DNA of 64,000 bases from NCBI GenBank assembly GCA_965116885.1, contig OZ220741.1:288001-352000 (forward strand), written 5' to 3'. How positions within the stretch are numbered: the first letter of the stretch is position 1; the number at the start of each line of letters is the position of its first letter. Source of the stretch: Candidatus Latescibacterota bacterium. Its GTDB lineage: Bacteria; Latescibacterota; UBA2968. Both the position numbers and the translations under genes were made by a program. Below are positions 1-10,621 of the stretch, piece after piece. The notes beneath the pieces were generated by a model. The model had not been told where the DNA came from, made no database searches, and saw only the letters and a program-made list of their open reading frames with translations.

Positions 1-2144
1 GTAAATGCCGCAAGGCCAAACAGCCCCATACACGCGAGCAAAATCGCCATCCCCGAAGAGAGCAATGTCAGCGTCTGTGCCCGTTGTTCTGCATAGTACA
101 TGAATTCAAACTGCTGATCCCACATCAGATAGTCAAAAGGCTGATCTGCAGAAGCGAACTGCTTCCATGTCTTTTCAAAAAAAGCGAGCGTCTCTTCCAT
201 GCCCTCGGCTTTGACGCGCGCGCCCAGATTGTAAAATTGCTGGTGCCGAAGCGTCAGTGCAACAGGACCAATTTTTTCGTGCAACGAACTGTAGTGAAAG
301 TCCCGCACAACGCCAATCACCGTCCCCTTCCGATTCCTCACCCGATCAACCCACTCAAAAGACTTGCCAACAGGATCATCCCAACCGAGCCGAGCTACCG
401 CCGTTTCATTGATAATAAACGCTTTTGACGTATCTGTGGGAAATGCAATCGGATCAAATTTTCGTCCTTCCACCAGTTCGATTTGAAACACATCGAGATA
501 ATCTTCATCGACCTCCAGAAGCGGCATGCGCCAGTCCGTACCCTCGTGCCCCTCTGCCCGAATGGTTCGGGTAATACCCCCGCCCCATCCAATCCACCAG
601 CGATACGCCGTCACCTCAAGCACATTCGGATGGGCGCGAAAAGCCTCTTTCACCGTGGCATAACGGGCGGCGAGCTTTTGCCCCGGGTCTGATTTTGTTT
701 CTTGATCAAGCACAAAGATGGGCATAAGCACCATCTGCTCCAGATTAAAACCCAGGTTCTTGTTTCTCATATAATCGAGTTGCCGATAGATCACCCCCGT
801 ACTCGCGATCAGAATAATTGAAATCGCAAATTGCACCACCACCAACCCCTTCCGAATCCACTGCCCCCGAGAACCCGCGCGAAATGCCCCCTTTAGCGTT
901 TCTGTGGGTTCATACGCAGAAAGAAAAAATGCGGGATAAACGCCAGCCAACAGCCCGACGAATACGGAGATACCAATCAAAGAAGTTACAAGCAACGGAT
1001 CGCTCAACAAATTCAACTCAATCTGCTTGAAGAAAAAGGCATTGAACTCGGGAAGCACGAGTTTGACGGCAACAAGCGCGAGAATAAGCGCGACCATTGC
1101 CGTGAGAACAGACTCGCCCAAAAACTGACCCATCAGTTGTGAGCGATACGCTCCCGACACCTTTCGCAAACCCACCTCGTGTGCCCTGCGAGCCGATTGC
1201 GCCGTCGTCAAATTTGTGAAATTAATACATCCAATCGCAAGCACCAGAACCGCAATGGCCCCAAATTGATACACGCGTTCAATATCGCCGTACCAATCCA
1301 GACCGTAATCCTGTCTCGAATAGAGATAAATGCGTTTGAGAGGCTGGAGATGATACGCATTTGTGCGTGCGATCTCTGCCCCCATATAGCGATCAATCAA
1401 TTCGGGAAATTTTGCGGACAGCGCCTTTGGATCCGCCCCTTCTCGCAGCAGAAAATACGTATTGACGGGACGCCAACCATCGGTTGGGATCCAATCTTCC
1501 CAGACAATTTTCGCACCTGGGGACGTGAATCCGCCTGTTGAAAAATAATCGATTTCACCGAAGCCGAGTGTAGAATTGAGAGGCACATCTTTTAATATTG
1601 CCGTGATGGTGCGCTCGCCTCCGTGGTGATTGCTCTCAGCGGTGATGGTCTTGCCAATCGGATCTTCGTCTCCAAACAACCGCTTTGCCGCCGATTCTGT
1701 TATGGCAATCGCATTGGGATTGGGAAATGCCGTTTCGAGATTGCCGCGCACAAATGGGAAATCGAAAATTTCAAACATCTCGGGATCGGCAACACAGAGA
1801 CCCAGCTCAAACTTTTTTTCGTCCAAACGCACATCTACGGACGACCACGTTATCACGCGCACGGCTTTCTCTACTTCGGGAAAATCCCGCTCAAGTGTCC
1901 GTGCCAGCGCGCCCGACGTAAATGGCAAATAATCCGATTGTCCCCCAGATCGGGTCTCCCGGATCACGCGATAGATCCGATCTCCTTTTGCATGCCAGGC
2001 GTCAAAACTCAACTCATCCTGAATATAGAGCACGATCAAAAAACACGTCCCCAGACCAATGGCAAGCCCCAGAATATTAATAGCACTAAAGGATTTTTGC
2101 CGATTGAGATTTCTCAGCGCGATAATCAGGTAATTTCTAAACAC
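1..2144 (-). CDS. MacB/FtsX-family ABC transporter permease (3' end runs off the window)
   Basis: Absent from the ORF track because it is open at the edge. GGAGG then GTG at 2144 reads MFRNYLIIALRNL...SAINILGLAIG; it contains the HEVGLRKVSGAYR motif and reads MAILLACMGLFGLAAFT at the window edge in the same frame. Confidence 0.88.
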   Translation of the reverse strand, partial: MFRNYLIIALRNLNRQKSFSAINILGLAIGLGTCFLIVLYIQDELSFDAWHAKGDRIYRVIRETRSGGQSDYLPFTSGALARTLERDFPEVEKAVRVITWSSVDVRLDEKKFELGLCVADPEMFEIFDFPFVRGNLETAFPNPNAIAITESAAKRLFGDEDPIGKTITAESNHHGGERTITAILKDVPLNSTLGFGEIDYFSTGGFTSPGAKIVWEDWIPTDGWRPVNTYFLLREGADPKALSAKFPELIDRYMGAEIARTNAYHLQPLKRIYLYSRQDYGLDWYGDIERVYQFGAIAVLVLAIGCINFTNLTTAQSARRAHEVGLRKVSGAYRSQLMGQFLGESVLTAMVALILALVAVKLVLPEFNAFFFKQIELNLLSDPLLVTSLIGISVFVGLLAGVYPAFFLSAYEPTETLKGAFRAGSRGQWIRKGLVVVQFAISIILIASTGVIYRQLDYMRNKNLGFNLEQMVLMPIFVLDQETKSDPGQKLAARYATVKEAFRAHPNVLEVTAYRWWIGWGGGITRTIRAEGHEGTDWRMPLLEVDEDYLDVFQIELVEGRKFDPIAFPTDTSKAFIINETAVARLGWDDPVGKSFEWVDRVRNRKGTVIGVVRDFHYSSLHEKIGPVALTLRHQQFYNLGARVKAEGMEETLAFFEKTWKQFASADQPFDYLMWDQQFEFMYYAEQRAQTLTLLSSGMAILLACMGLFGLAAF

Positions 2145-2356
2145 AACAACTCGCCTCCGAAATAAAAAGTAAATTCATCACGTACGAGTGTAGCCACGAT
2201 CTTCAAAACCGTCAAGGTTTAGCATATAATTTCCAATGAAAAACCATCACCCATTGGACACACCTTGATCGCAGATGGTTTCTCTTTTCACACAGATACA
2301 TTATATTGACCGAGTTATATCCCCATTTCCCCACACACTCCCTACCTGATCGCGAC

Positions 2357-3202
2357 ATGAAGGCCTTTACTCGCACAACCCTCTATCTCCTCATTCTCTC
2401 TACCTCCTTGCCCGGATGCAAGGACAAACCCACTGCCCCGCCGGAAGAACCAGAGTCGCCACCGCATGTTGTATCGCAGACACAAACAGGCATCCAGATC
2501 ACAACCCATGTGGGCACGACGCACACCCTCATTTTAATACCCGAAGGTCCGTTCGAAATGGGCGCCAACAACGGCATCCGCAACGAAGGTCCGGAACACA
2601 CCGTCCATCTCAAAGCCTATTACATAGACCACACAGAAGTTAGCAATGCCCAATGGAATCCCTACGCCATTGCCGAGCGTCAACTGCCCAACTTTGACTC
2701 GCCCGAACATCCCGTTGTCAATATCAACTGGTTTCAAGCCGGCGAATACTGCGCATGGCTCGGCGGACGCTTGCCCACCGAAGCCGAATGGGAAAAAGCA
2801 GCGCGCGGAACCGACAGGCGCATATATCCCTGGGGCGCTGCCCCGGACCCCAACCGCGCCAACTACCTCAACAGCGGCGACCCCTTTGACAACGGCACAG
2901 CACCTGTTGCATATTATCGGGAAGGCAATCGCGACGGGCGCAGCCCTTATGGCGTATTGGACATGGCCGGCAATGTTTGGGAATGGACACAAGACGAATA
3001 CGATAGCGCGTTCTATCAGCGCAGCCCACGCGATAACCCCGTCAATTACGAACTCAGAACCCATTTCTTGCACCTCGAACGCGTCGTGCGAGGTGGATCC
3101 TGGTTCAGCACTGCCTTTCTGATACGCACAACAGCGCGCGACGCTCGAACATCCAATCTTCAAACCGATACACTTGGATTTCGGTGTGTGGTGGATCGGT
3201 AA
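2357..3202 (+). CDS. Formylglycine-generating enzyme (SUMF1/FGE-sulfatase) domain lipoprotein
   Basis: Motifs FEMG, RLPTEAEWEKAARG, DMAGNVWEW, RGGSW, LGFRC; lipobox-like LPGC after a hydrophobic N-terminus; ATG 2357 preferred over TTG 2306. Confidence 0.88.
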   Translation: MKAFTRTTLYLLILSTSLPGCKDKPTAPPEEPESPPHVVSQTQTGIQITTHVGTTHTLILIPEGPFEMGANNGIRNEGPEHTVHLKAYYIDHTEVSNAQWNPYAIAERQLPNFDSPEHPVVNINWFQAGEYCAWLGGRLPTEAEWEKAARGTDRRIYPWGAAPDPNRANYLNSGDPFDNGTAPVAYYREGNRDGRSPYGVLDMAGNVWEWTQDEYDSAFYQRSPRDNPVNYELRTHFLHLERVVRGGSWFSTAFLIRTTARDARTSNLQTDTLGFRCVVDR

Positions 3203-3273
3203 TTTTGAGTGGGAATAATATTGTGTTGCTTATCGAAAGTGTTGGTGATGATTCCACCTTTTTTATCTTTGTT

Positions 3274-3450
3274 CTGCCTTCGGCGACTTCATTTTTTTGC
3301 GCGCCCAAAAAAATAAAGGAAAAAAAGGGCGCCCCTGCGGGGGGCTTGCACAGCGCAAATCGTTTTTGAAATCTCACAAAGAACAGCGGCCTTCAAAGTT
3401 AGATGGACAATAGATAGTCTGGTGCGAGACGGACTCGCGCGCTGTGCACA
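3274..3450 (+). other. Structured intergenic element (hairpins, possible pseudoknot)
   Basis: cUUCGg hairpin 3276-3284; T7/A7 stem 3292-3313 whose loop GCGCCC is complementary to GGGCGC 3327-3332; 10-bp inverted repeat TGCACAGCGC 3347-3356 / GCGCTGTGCA 3439-3448. Confidence 0.4.
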
Positions 3451-3628
3451 ATGGCTTTGATTGATGGCGTTTTTTGAAGGTGTGTTTTGTAATGCTTTAT
3501 CTGAAGTACTGCGTAACATCAGTTATAAATACATAAGGACACGCATTCATATATCGAGTGCATGTCCTTTGTACTTTTCGACAAAGATCAAAGGCCGAGG
3601 ATTTTGAGAAGCCTTTTCAGTTCATTTT

Positions 3629-4828
3629 TTAGCCAATCTTTGGAATACCACCGAGCATCCCCGCACGGTATTTGGGATAGAGACGCGTATCTCGGCGGAG
3701 ACCCTGCACATCTTGTGCGCCATGCACGCGAGTTGCGCCACTACTGTCCTTCTCTACAATAAAAATCTCCTCCTTTTCCAGATTGTCGAGCAAGCCGACA
3801 TTGTGAGAGGAGACAAAAAGCTGTGCGCCTGAAGGATTGACCTCTTGAGAACGGAACCAGCCAAGAATTTCGCCAGCGATATCCACATGAAGATCGCCAT
3901 CTATCTCGTCGAGGACAGCGGGAACGCCGTTGCGGAGCGCGCCACCGATCCGAGGCAACAGATGGAATAGGCGTTTCGTTCCACTGGATTCTAAACTCAG
4001 GGGGATTGACGTATCAAGCCCGTGATGGTCAAAGAACGCTTCCTTTGTCCCAGATTGGTCAGAAATAGTTATATCCTGAATTCCCAAATCACTGGATCGG
4101 ATATGATTTCTAATCCAGGACTCCATATCGGGATCGTCCTCGAATATATCCATCACACTTTCGGTCGAAGGTGCCCATCTCTCACGAAGCATGATATTGG
4201 ATGACCAAAAAAAATCTTCCATCCATTTTGTAATATGCATCGCCAGGGGCACATTGAGCAAAGCGAGCGTGGCAATCACCGATGTGTCTTTTCGAACAAT
4301 ATCCTGGAGCATATCACCCTTAAGTTTAAGACCTAATTCGTTAGAAACGTATACAGGTTTTCCCGGGACACCGCGCTCGAAAAGACGTCTGGGGCGACCC
4401 TTTGGAAAGTGAGACAAAGCTTCGTAAGAGAAGAAAGGATCATTACCACCGCCTGCCACCTCCAACTCGTACCGGAACAACTGATGGTCTTCGCCCAGCC
4501 AATTCGCTTCGAACTCCATGCAAAACCGCGTCGGTTGGTTTCTGGTTTCTTCAGAAAAAAAGGGGAAAAAGGTCTTGAGCGATCTGTGTCTATCAGTGGG
4601 CAATCCTAATAAGGCGGTAAGAGCAGTAGCGATCAGCGCACTGAGCAACGTTGTCTTACCTGATCCATTGGGACCTATAAGCACGACCACAGAAGGCAGC
4701 CGGATATCCGGCTTTGCTGTGCTCCTTCGGAACCGCGGCAGGTCGGGGGCAGTGCCCGGAATACGCAAGTCGAGAACGACTTCTTCGCGGATCGAATGGA
4801 AGTTGGATATGGAAAATTTGTAAATCAT
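3629..4828 (-). CDS. RloA-like AAA_21 ABC-type ATPase (no RloB partner)
   Basis: MIYKFSISNFHSI start, Walker A GPNGSGKT, ESSGTKR signature, Walker B LDEIDGDLH, SSHN, C-terminal YRAGMLGGIP typical of the RloA/AAA_21 family. Confidence 0.85.
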   Translation of the reverse strand: MIYKFSISNFHSIREEVVLDLRIPGTAPDLPRFRRSTAKPDIRLPSVVVLIGPNGSGKTTLLSALIATALTALLGLPTDRHRSLKTFFPFFSEETRNQPTRFCMEFEANWLGEDHQLFRYELEVAGGGNDPFFSYEALSHFPKGRPRRLFERGVPGKPVYVSNELGLKLKGDMLQDIVRKDTSVIATLALLNVPLAMHITKWMEDFFWSSNIMLRERWAPSTESVMDIFEDDPDMESWIRNHIRSSDLGIQDITISDQSGTKEAFFDHHGLDTSIPLSLESSGTKRLFHLLPRIGGALRNGVPAVLDEIDGDLHVDIAGEILGWFRSQEVNPSGAQLFVSSHNVGLLDNLEKEEIFIVEKDSSGATRVHGAQDVQGLRRDTRLYPKYRAGMLGGIPKIG

Positions 4829-4947
4829 ATTGAAATAATAACAATTTTTTGTCGAGATAGCAATATAATAGTCAAAAAATAATGGGACAATCAGTACCAT
4901 GCCCATGTGGACTGAATGCCCCTTTTCGTGTATAAAGCTATTTTTGA

Positions 4948-5253
4948 CTATTCTACAATATCCAAAAGAATCTGGAAATATGCTCTTACCTCTGCCGGAA
5001 CCTCTTTAACCCAGGTGTCAAGAAATATGTCATAATAGTCATTGATTTCTTCTGAGTTACCCGTGACCGAGAATAATACCTCAATAAAGACATCTTCAGA
5101 TTCATCATCTTCTTGAAGACAGAATTCTCTACCCTGTAAATTTGGGAAATGGCCCTCAAGAAGCCCGGGTATCTTTGAATACCATTCTGCTATGCCTTTT
5201 TCTTGACAAAAAGTTTCTATATCGTCAATTGTAGCTTCAATGGTTTGTAGCAT
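4948..5253 (-). CDS. Small acidic hypothetical protein
   Basis: ATG 5253 lies 4 nt after the upstream stop; 101 aa, co-oriented within the island. Confidence 0.6.
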   Translation of the reverse strand: MLQTIEATIDDIETFCQEKGIAEWYSKIPGLLEGHFPNLQGREFCLQEDDESEDVFIEVLFSVTGNSEEINDYYDIFLDTWVKEVPAEVRAYFQILLDIVE

Positions 5254-5257
5254 TTTT

Positions 5258-6067
5258 TTATTTAGATTCGCCATAAGCACTTGAGGCGTAGAGTTGCCGA
5301 TGTTCTTCATCTATAAGCACTTTTGAAGGCATATCCTCAAAAAGGGCATATTTCTCAACTAAATCCTTGAATTTGGCTCCTCGATCACTCAGACCATGAT
5401 AAAAGAGAAGGCCCAATTCATTGCTTGATAGTTGTGCACGGATAAAATTAGCGTAGCGTTTCTTTTCTTTAAATTCTTTCTCATCAAAAAATTCGTGTTC
5501 ATGAACAAATTTGACGACATTGTACAAATGCTGAACGTAATGACCAACATAAGGCTGGAATACAGAAAGGAATTCTTCTTCATAGGTATCATTAAAAACT
5601 TCTGTTTTAGGGCGATTCTCGTCTCTGGCTTTTTCAAGACTGCTTTTCAGATCGCCGAGTAGGGGACGAAAGCATTCCCGTCCGGATTGAGGGTCTTTTG
5701 GCATCTCCATTGAATTGACAATCTCACCGTGCATACCAAGAAGTTGAAAGAAGGAACTCTCAAAATTCTGCTTCTGAAGCGTTTCCTTTTGCCCCCTGAT
5801 TTCAGTCCGTGTAGCCTCCAATTCCTCCCGTTGAAGCTCAAGTTCCTTCTTCTGAAGTAGTATTGCACAAATGACACCCGCAAAGGCCAGTCCAGAGAAC
5901 AGTGCATTGACGACTCCGAACGAGTCCCCAAATTGCCCTCTCTTATCAGTAACCCACCAAGGAAACAATTCAATAAGAGACAGGAACCAAAAGATTACCA
6001 CAAATGAAAGTATCAACCAAAAAGGCCACCAGCGAGCCTTCTCGGGATCATCGACAGTCTTGCTCAT
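5258..6067 (-). CDS. Putative phage abortive infection protein (putAbiC family)
   Basis: N-terminal TM, GQFGDSFGVVNALFSGLAF, coiled coil, FESSFFQLL, GHYVQHLY, YANFIRAQLSSNEL..LFY. Confidence 0.82.
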   Translation of the reverse strand: MSKTVDDPEKARWWPFWLILSFVVIFWFLSLIELFPWWVTDKRGQFGDSFGVVNALFSGLAFAGVICAILLQKKELELQREELEATRTEIRGQKETLQKQNFESSFFQLLGMHGEIVNSMEMPKDPQSGRECFRPLLGDLKSSLEKARDENRPKTEVFNDTYEEEFLSVFQPYVGHYVQHLYNVVKFVHEHEFFDEKEFKEKKRYANFIRAQLSSNELGLLFYHGLSDRGAKFKDLVEKYALFEDMPSKVLIDEEHRQLYASSAYGESK

Positions 6068-6287
6068 ACTACAATCCTTTATCCTATATTTCACACATCA
6101 ATTTGCCAACCGCTATATAAACATAGCGATTCTCTGTATATCTTTCAAGGGGCTATATTGCGTTCCGCTCGATAGGTCTGTAAAACTACCGCATCCGAAA
6201 CAATTTTCATCGCATAAATCCACGTAGTTAATTATACTACTTCTCAATAACATCAGCGGGTTTTGGTATATCTGAGGAGACAATCTC

Positions 6288-7691
6288 ATGGCATCAGACA
6301 TAAACTACGCAAGCTGGCCCCGGCATGTGGCGCGTCACATCGATGTGGGTGATCAGAAGCAACTCTTTCTGGACGACGGGTTTCTGGTAGAACGCGCCGA
6401 AGGGATTCGGTATGTCATGCACCAGCCGGTCAAACATTTGCAAAACCCGCTGCTCGTACCCGACATGCCATGGGAATTGCAGGTACAGCTCTACGGCTCC
6501 GTCCTGTGGGATGAAGAAGACCAGATCTACAAAATGTGGTACACAAATCGGACTTACAAATACGGCAAAGACAGCGCAGTACTCATGGCTTATGCCACCT
6601 CTGAAGACGGGCTCAAATGGACAAAGCCCACCCTCAACATCCTGCCCCATGAGGGATCTGCCAAAAACAATCTCCTGCTGGATCCCGGACCCGGAGGCAG
6701 CGGCGGCGTATGCGTCTTAAAAACCCCCGAAGAAAAGAACAAAAAATACAAAATGCTCTACAAAACCATCGAAGAAGGCGGCGGACTAAAAGTTGCATTC
6801 TCGCCAGACGGGATCCACTGGACAAAACACCCCAAAACCGTCCTACCCGGCGTCTTTGACACATTCAACGTCGCAGTACAGGACGGTGACAAATACGTCG
6901 CATACGTACGCATAAACCAGAGACCGCGAAAGCGACACCGCGCATTGGGACGCATCGAATCCGAAGACTTCATCCACTGGACCACACCCACAATCGTCCT
7001 GAAACCAGATGAGCACGACCCCGAAGACACAGACATCTACACATCCGCTGCATTTAAATACCCACAAGCGGACTACGCCTATATTATGATGCCCAGCCTT
7101 TTTGATTGGCGAACCGGAAAACTTCAGGTACAATTGGCCACGAGTCGGGACAATGCAAATTGGAATCGGGCGGGGAACCGCGAGGTCTTCATCCCACTGG
7201 GAGAACCAGACAGTTATGAATCGGAAGAAATCATGGTCGGCGCGCCATCAGTCGTAAAAGACCAAATCTACATCTACTATCACGGCAGCAACCGGCCACA
7301 CTGGAATGGGATGGGACGTCCGTTTAAAGAAAAAAGCGGCATAGGTCTGGCAACACTGCGCCTGGATGGATTCATCTCGATTGACGCAGGCGAAAAACCG
7401 AGCGGCGGCACAATCACAACCGTACCCATACAATTCTCGGGCACCCACCTGGAAATAAACGCAGATGCAACCTGGGGGGAAATACGCGTCGAAATTTTAA
7501 ACGACGAAAATGAAGTAATCGAAGGATTTGATCGCCTATCGTGTCAACCTGTAATCGGCGACTCCGTGCGCCATCGCGTCTCATGGTCGGGCGGCGATGT
7601 ACGCACTTTGATCGGAACAACCGTAAAACTGCGATTTCATATCCTCTGCGCCCGGCTGTACGCCTTTCAATTTAGCACAAAACACCCCTGA
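6288..7691 (+). CDS. Five-bladed beta-propeller glycoside-hydrolase-like protein (GH32/43/130-like fold)
   Basis: GAGGAG RBS; QLFLDD, YKMWY, YATSEDGLKW, SPDGIHW, SEDFIHW blade repeats, LRLDGF. Confidence 0.7.
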   Translation: MASDINYASWPRHVARHIDVGDQKQLFLDDGFLVERAEGIRYVMHQPVKHLQNPLLVPDMPWELQVQLYGSVLWDEEDQIYKMWYTNRTYKYGKDSAVLMAYATSEDGLKWTKPTLNILPHEGSAKNNLLLDPGPGGSGGVCVLKTPEEKNKKYKMLYKTIEEGGGLKVAFSPDGIHWTKHPKTVLPGVFDTFNVAVQDGDKYVAYVRINQRPRKRHRALGRIESEDFIHWTTPTIVLKPDEHDPEDTDIYTSAAFKYPQADYAYIMMPSLFDWRTGKLQVQLATSRDNANWNRAGNREVFIPLGEPDSYESEEIMVGAPSVVKDQIYIYYHGSNRPHWNGMGRPFKEKSGIGLATLRLDGFISIDAGEKPSGGTITTVPIQFSGTHLEINADATWGEIRVEILNDENEVIEGFDRLSCQPVIGDSVRHRVSWSGGDVRTLIGTTVKLRFHILCARLYAFQFSTKHP

Positions 7692-7705
7692 CCCAAGGAG
7701 ACCCC

Positions 7706-8611
7706 ATGCCTTCACACTTTGTCTTTGTCACAGACAGCCATCACCACGCCGCAGCCGCAGAAGACTTCGGCGCGCCCAAAATGCTGACGCGCAGCCATGA
7801 AATACACCATGCAATGGTACCCGCCATCAACGCCTGCAAAGCGGACTTCATCGTACACGGCGGCGACGTGGTCTGCGGCGGTGGGGCATTTGAAATGCCC
7901 TTTGATATCTACTTGCAAACCATAGACGAAGCCAAAAACGCGTTTGACGGCCTTCACGCGCCCACATACTACGTCCCGGGCAATCACGACTGCGATGCCC
8001 AGGAAGGGAGCTTTGAAGCTTTTGCCAGACAATTTCCAATCCCCGAAACCCTGGACATCGTCGAAGCCGCACCGCGCCTGCGCCTGGCGCTCGCCAACGT
8101 ATATCCCGTCAGCCCACTGGAAGACAGTTTGGGCACTTGGACAGAAGCACACGACCGCATCTTGCGCGAAGCCGCTGCAAAAGCTTACGACGACCGCTGC
8201 GCCCTCATCCTGTTCATTCACCCCTGGGTCTTCCCCCAATATGAAGCACAGGCCGACTTCGTACCGGGTGGCATTGTAGGCAACGCCGAGCAAATCATGG
8301 AAGCCGTAAAAAACCTGCCCGCTGTCATAGCCATCTTCACCGGACACAGACACATCAACCGCATCCGCATGTATCGCGACTTCCTCATCGTTGACACCGC
8401 CTGCCTGATTGGTTTCCCACTGGGCTTCCGCGAAGTCTGGCTCACAGAAGACGGCTATTTCAAAACGCGCTTCCGCACACTGGACCTGCCCGACCTGATG
8501 CAGGCTTCCTTTGACCGCTCCCCCGTAAAAACAAATCAAATGTGGCAAGGAGAAATCCACGACCGCGACACGGAAATCTTAACCCCGCGGCTAAAAGCAC
8601 TCTGGGAATAA
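7706..8611 (+). CDS. Calcineurin-like metallophosphoesterase
   Basis: TDSH, GGDVV, PGNHD, HP, TGHRH motifs. Confidence 0.88.
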   Translation: MPSHFVFVTDSHHHAAAAEDFGAPKMLTRSHEIHHAMVPAINACKADFIVHGGDVVCGGGAFEMPFDIYLQTIDEAKNAFDGLHAPTYYVPGNHDCDAQEGSFEAFARQFPIPETLDIVEAAPRLRLALANVYPVSPLEDSLGTWTEAHDRILREAAAKAYDDRCALILFIHPWVFPQYEAQADFVPGGIVGNAEQIMEAVKNLPAVIAIFTGHRHINRIRMYRDFLIVDTACLIGFPLGFREVWLTEDGYFKTRFRTLDLPDLMQASFDRSPVKTNQMWQGEIHDRDTEILTPRLKALWE

Positions 8612-8612
8612 A

Positions 8613-9398
8613 CTATCGCCCCTGAAAATCCGGCTTGCGCTTCTCCATAAATGCTGCGCGGCCCTCTTTGTAATCCTCACTTCCAAAACACGCATCGATA
8701 ACCCGCTGGCACAAATCGAGATCGCGCTCATCCGCATCTTTGCCAATCTCTGCAATAATCTGCTTGGTCGCACGAATCGTCAGCGGTGCATTGCCCGCAA
8801 TGGTCTCCGCATAATCATCCACATAAGCGTCTAACGCATCCCGCGACAAAACCCGGTTAATCAGACCCATGTGATACGCCTCAGAAGCATTGAACCGACG
8901 CGCCGTAAACAAAATCTCGCACGCATTGGCCGGCCCCACAAGCCCCACAAGCGGTTTGAGCGCACCATATCCATACCCCAGGCCCAGCTTTGCAGCGGGA
9001 ATGGCAAAAGACGAATCATCGGACGCAATCCGCAAATCGCAACACAGCGCAGTAGCAAGCCCTCCACCAATACAATACCCCGCAATTTTGGCAATCGTGG
9101 GCTTGAGCACCTGCGCGAGCTTCTCATAAGCGCGTCCCATAGTCGCATTATACACCTCCACCGCATCTGCCGTCCCGCGTTGCGCTTCAAACTGCGAAAT
9201 ATCTGCCCCCGCAGAAAACGCCCTGCCGCCCTCACCCGAAAGCACAATAACGCGAACCGCATCGTCCGATTCAAAATCGTCAATCGCCCGCTCCATACCC
9301 TGCCACATCTCATAAGAAATGGCATTGTGTTTCTCCGGCTGATTCAGGCGAATATGTCCAACACCGCCGTCTTTCTGCACAATAATTTTATCTGTCAT
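8613..9398 (-). CDS. Enoyl-CoA hydratase/isomerase
   Basis: AFSAGADI, GYCIGGG, EGRAAFMEKRKPDFQGR; GGGGAG RBS before ATG 9398. Confidence 0.92.
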   Translation of the reverse strand: MTDKIIVQKDGGVGHIRLNQPEKHNAISYEMWQGMERAIDDFESDDAVRVIVLSGEGGRAFSAGADISQFEAQRGTADAVEVYNATMGRAYEKLAQVLKPTIAKIAGYCIGGGLATALCCDLRIASDDSSFAIPAAKLGLGYGYGALKPLVGLVGPANACEILFTARRFNASEAYHMGLINRVLSRDALDAYVDDYAETIAGNAPLTIRATKQIIAEIGKDADERDLDLCQRVIDACFGSEDYKEGRAAFMEKRKPDFQGR

Positions 9399-9418
9399 TG
9401 AACTCCCCACAGAGAACA

Positions 9419-10606
9419 TCAAACGACATTCTCCTCTTTCATAGTCGCAATTTCACCTTCCGAAAACCCAAACTCGCTCAAAATCTCATCCGTATGCTCA
9501 CCCCGTTCGGGCGATGCCCTGTAAGGCAGATCTCGTGCATTACTCAAATTAGTCGCATTCCTCACCACATCGTAATCCCCCATAACGCGGTTAGTCACCG
9601 AACGCGACATCTTCAAATGCGTAACCTGCGGATCGGACCACATCTCATCCATCTTATAAATCGGCCCACACGGCACACCCGCGGCATTCAGTGCATCAAT
9701 CCAATAGGCACTATCTTGCGTCGCAAAATACTTTTGCAAACTCTCATTCAGCACATCCCGATTTCTCAACCGCACGCCGCCATTGGAAAACCTCTCATCC
9801 CTGTACAAATCTCCAGCACCCAGCACATCGCACAAACGCTGCCACATAAGCTCTCCACTACAGGCAATATTGATATACCCATCGCGGGTTTGAAACACAC
9901 CCGTCGGAATACTCGTGGGATGATTATTACCCGCCTGTTCGGGCACCTCATTTGCAATCAACCAGCGCGCCGCCTGAAAATCCAGCATCGCAATCTGAGC
10001 TTCCAGCAATGACGTATGCACCCACTGACCCTCCCCGGTCTCCTCGCGCTGAAGCAAAGCCGTGAGAATACCAATAGCGGTGTACAAACCAGAAGCGAGA
10101 TCTGCAATCGGCACCCCAACGCGCACCGGCCCCTGCCCCGGCAAACCCGTAATCCACATCAACCCTCCCATACCCTGTGCAATCTGATCAAAACCCGGTC
10201 GCAATCTGTACGGACCCTCCTGCCCAAACCCCGAAATACTCGCGTACACAATACCCGGATTTTCCCTCTTACACCTCTCATACCCAATATCGAGGCGATC
10301 TTTAACATCCGGCCGAAAATTCTCCACAACCACATCCGCGCGCTTAACCATGCGGAAAAACGCCTCGCGCCCCGCATCGGCTTTGAGATTTAAAGTCATC
10401 CCGCGTTTGTTCCGGTGCAAATTCTGAAAATCCGGCCCGTGACGCGGTCCCCCCATGGTCTTTGCCTCGTCGATATTTTCAGGCGGCTCAATCTTGATAA
10501 TATTCGCCCCCCAATCCGCGAGCTGACGCACCGCAGTGGGACCCGCACGCACGCGGGTCAAATCGAGCACAGTAAAACGGGCGAGAGGGGCATGTCCATT
10601 TTTCAT
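9419..10606 (-). CDS. CaiB/BaiF family III CoA-transferase
   Basis: VLDLTRVRAGP, ENFRP, SISGFGQEGP, PGFDQIAQG. Confidence 0.93.
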   Translation of the reverse strand: MKNGHAPLARFTVLDLTRVRAGPTAVRQLADWGANIIKIEPPENIDEAKTMGGPRHGPDFQNLHRNKRGMTLNLKADAGREAFFRMVKRADVVVENFRPDVKDRLDIGYERCKRENPGIVYASISGFGQEGPYRLRPGFDQIAQGMGGLMWITGLPGQGPVRVGVPIADLASGLYTAIGILTALLQREETGEGQWVHTSLLEAQIAMLDFQAARWLIANEVPEQAGNNHPTSIPTGVFQTRDGYINIACSGELMWQRLCDVLGAGDLYRDERFSNGGVRLRNRDVLNESLQKYFATQDSAYWIDALNAAGVPCGPIYKMDEMWSDPQVTHLKMSRSVTNRVMGDYDVVRNATNLSNARDLPYRASPERGEHTDEILSEFGFSEGEIATMKEENVV

Positions 10607-10621
10607 AACACAAGTAACTCC

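Noticed and set aside
84..2165. Many short plus-strand ORFs in the track
   Set aside because: Shadows of the minus-strand permease that runs off the window edge.
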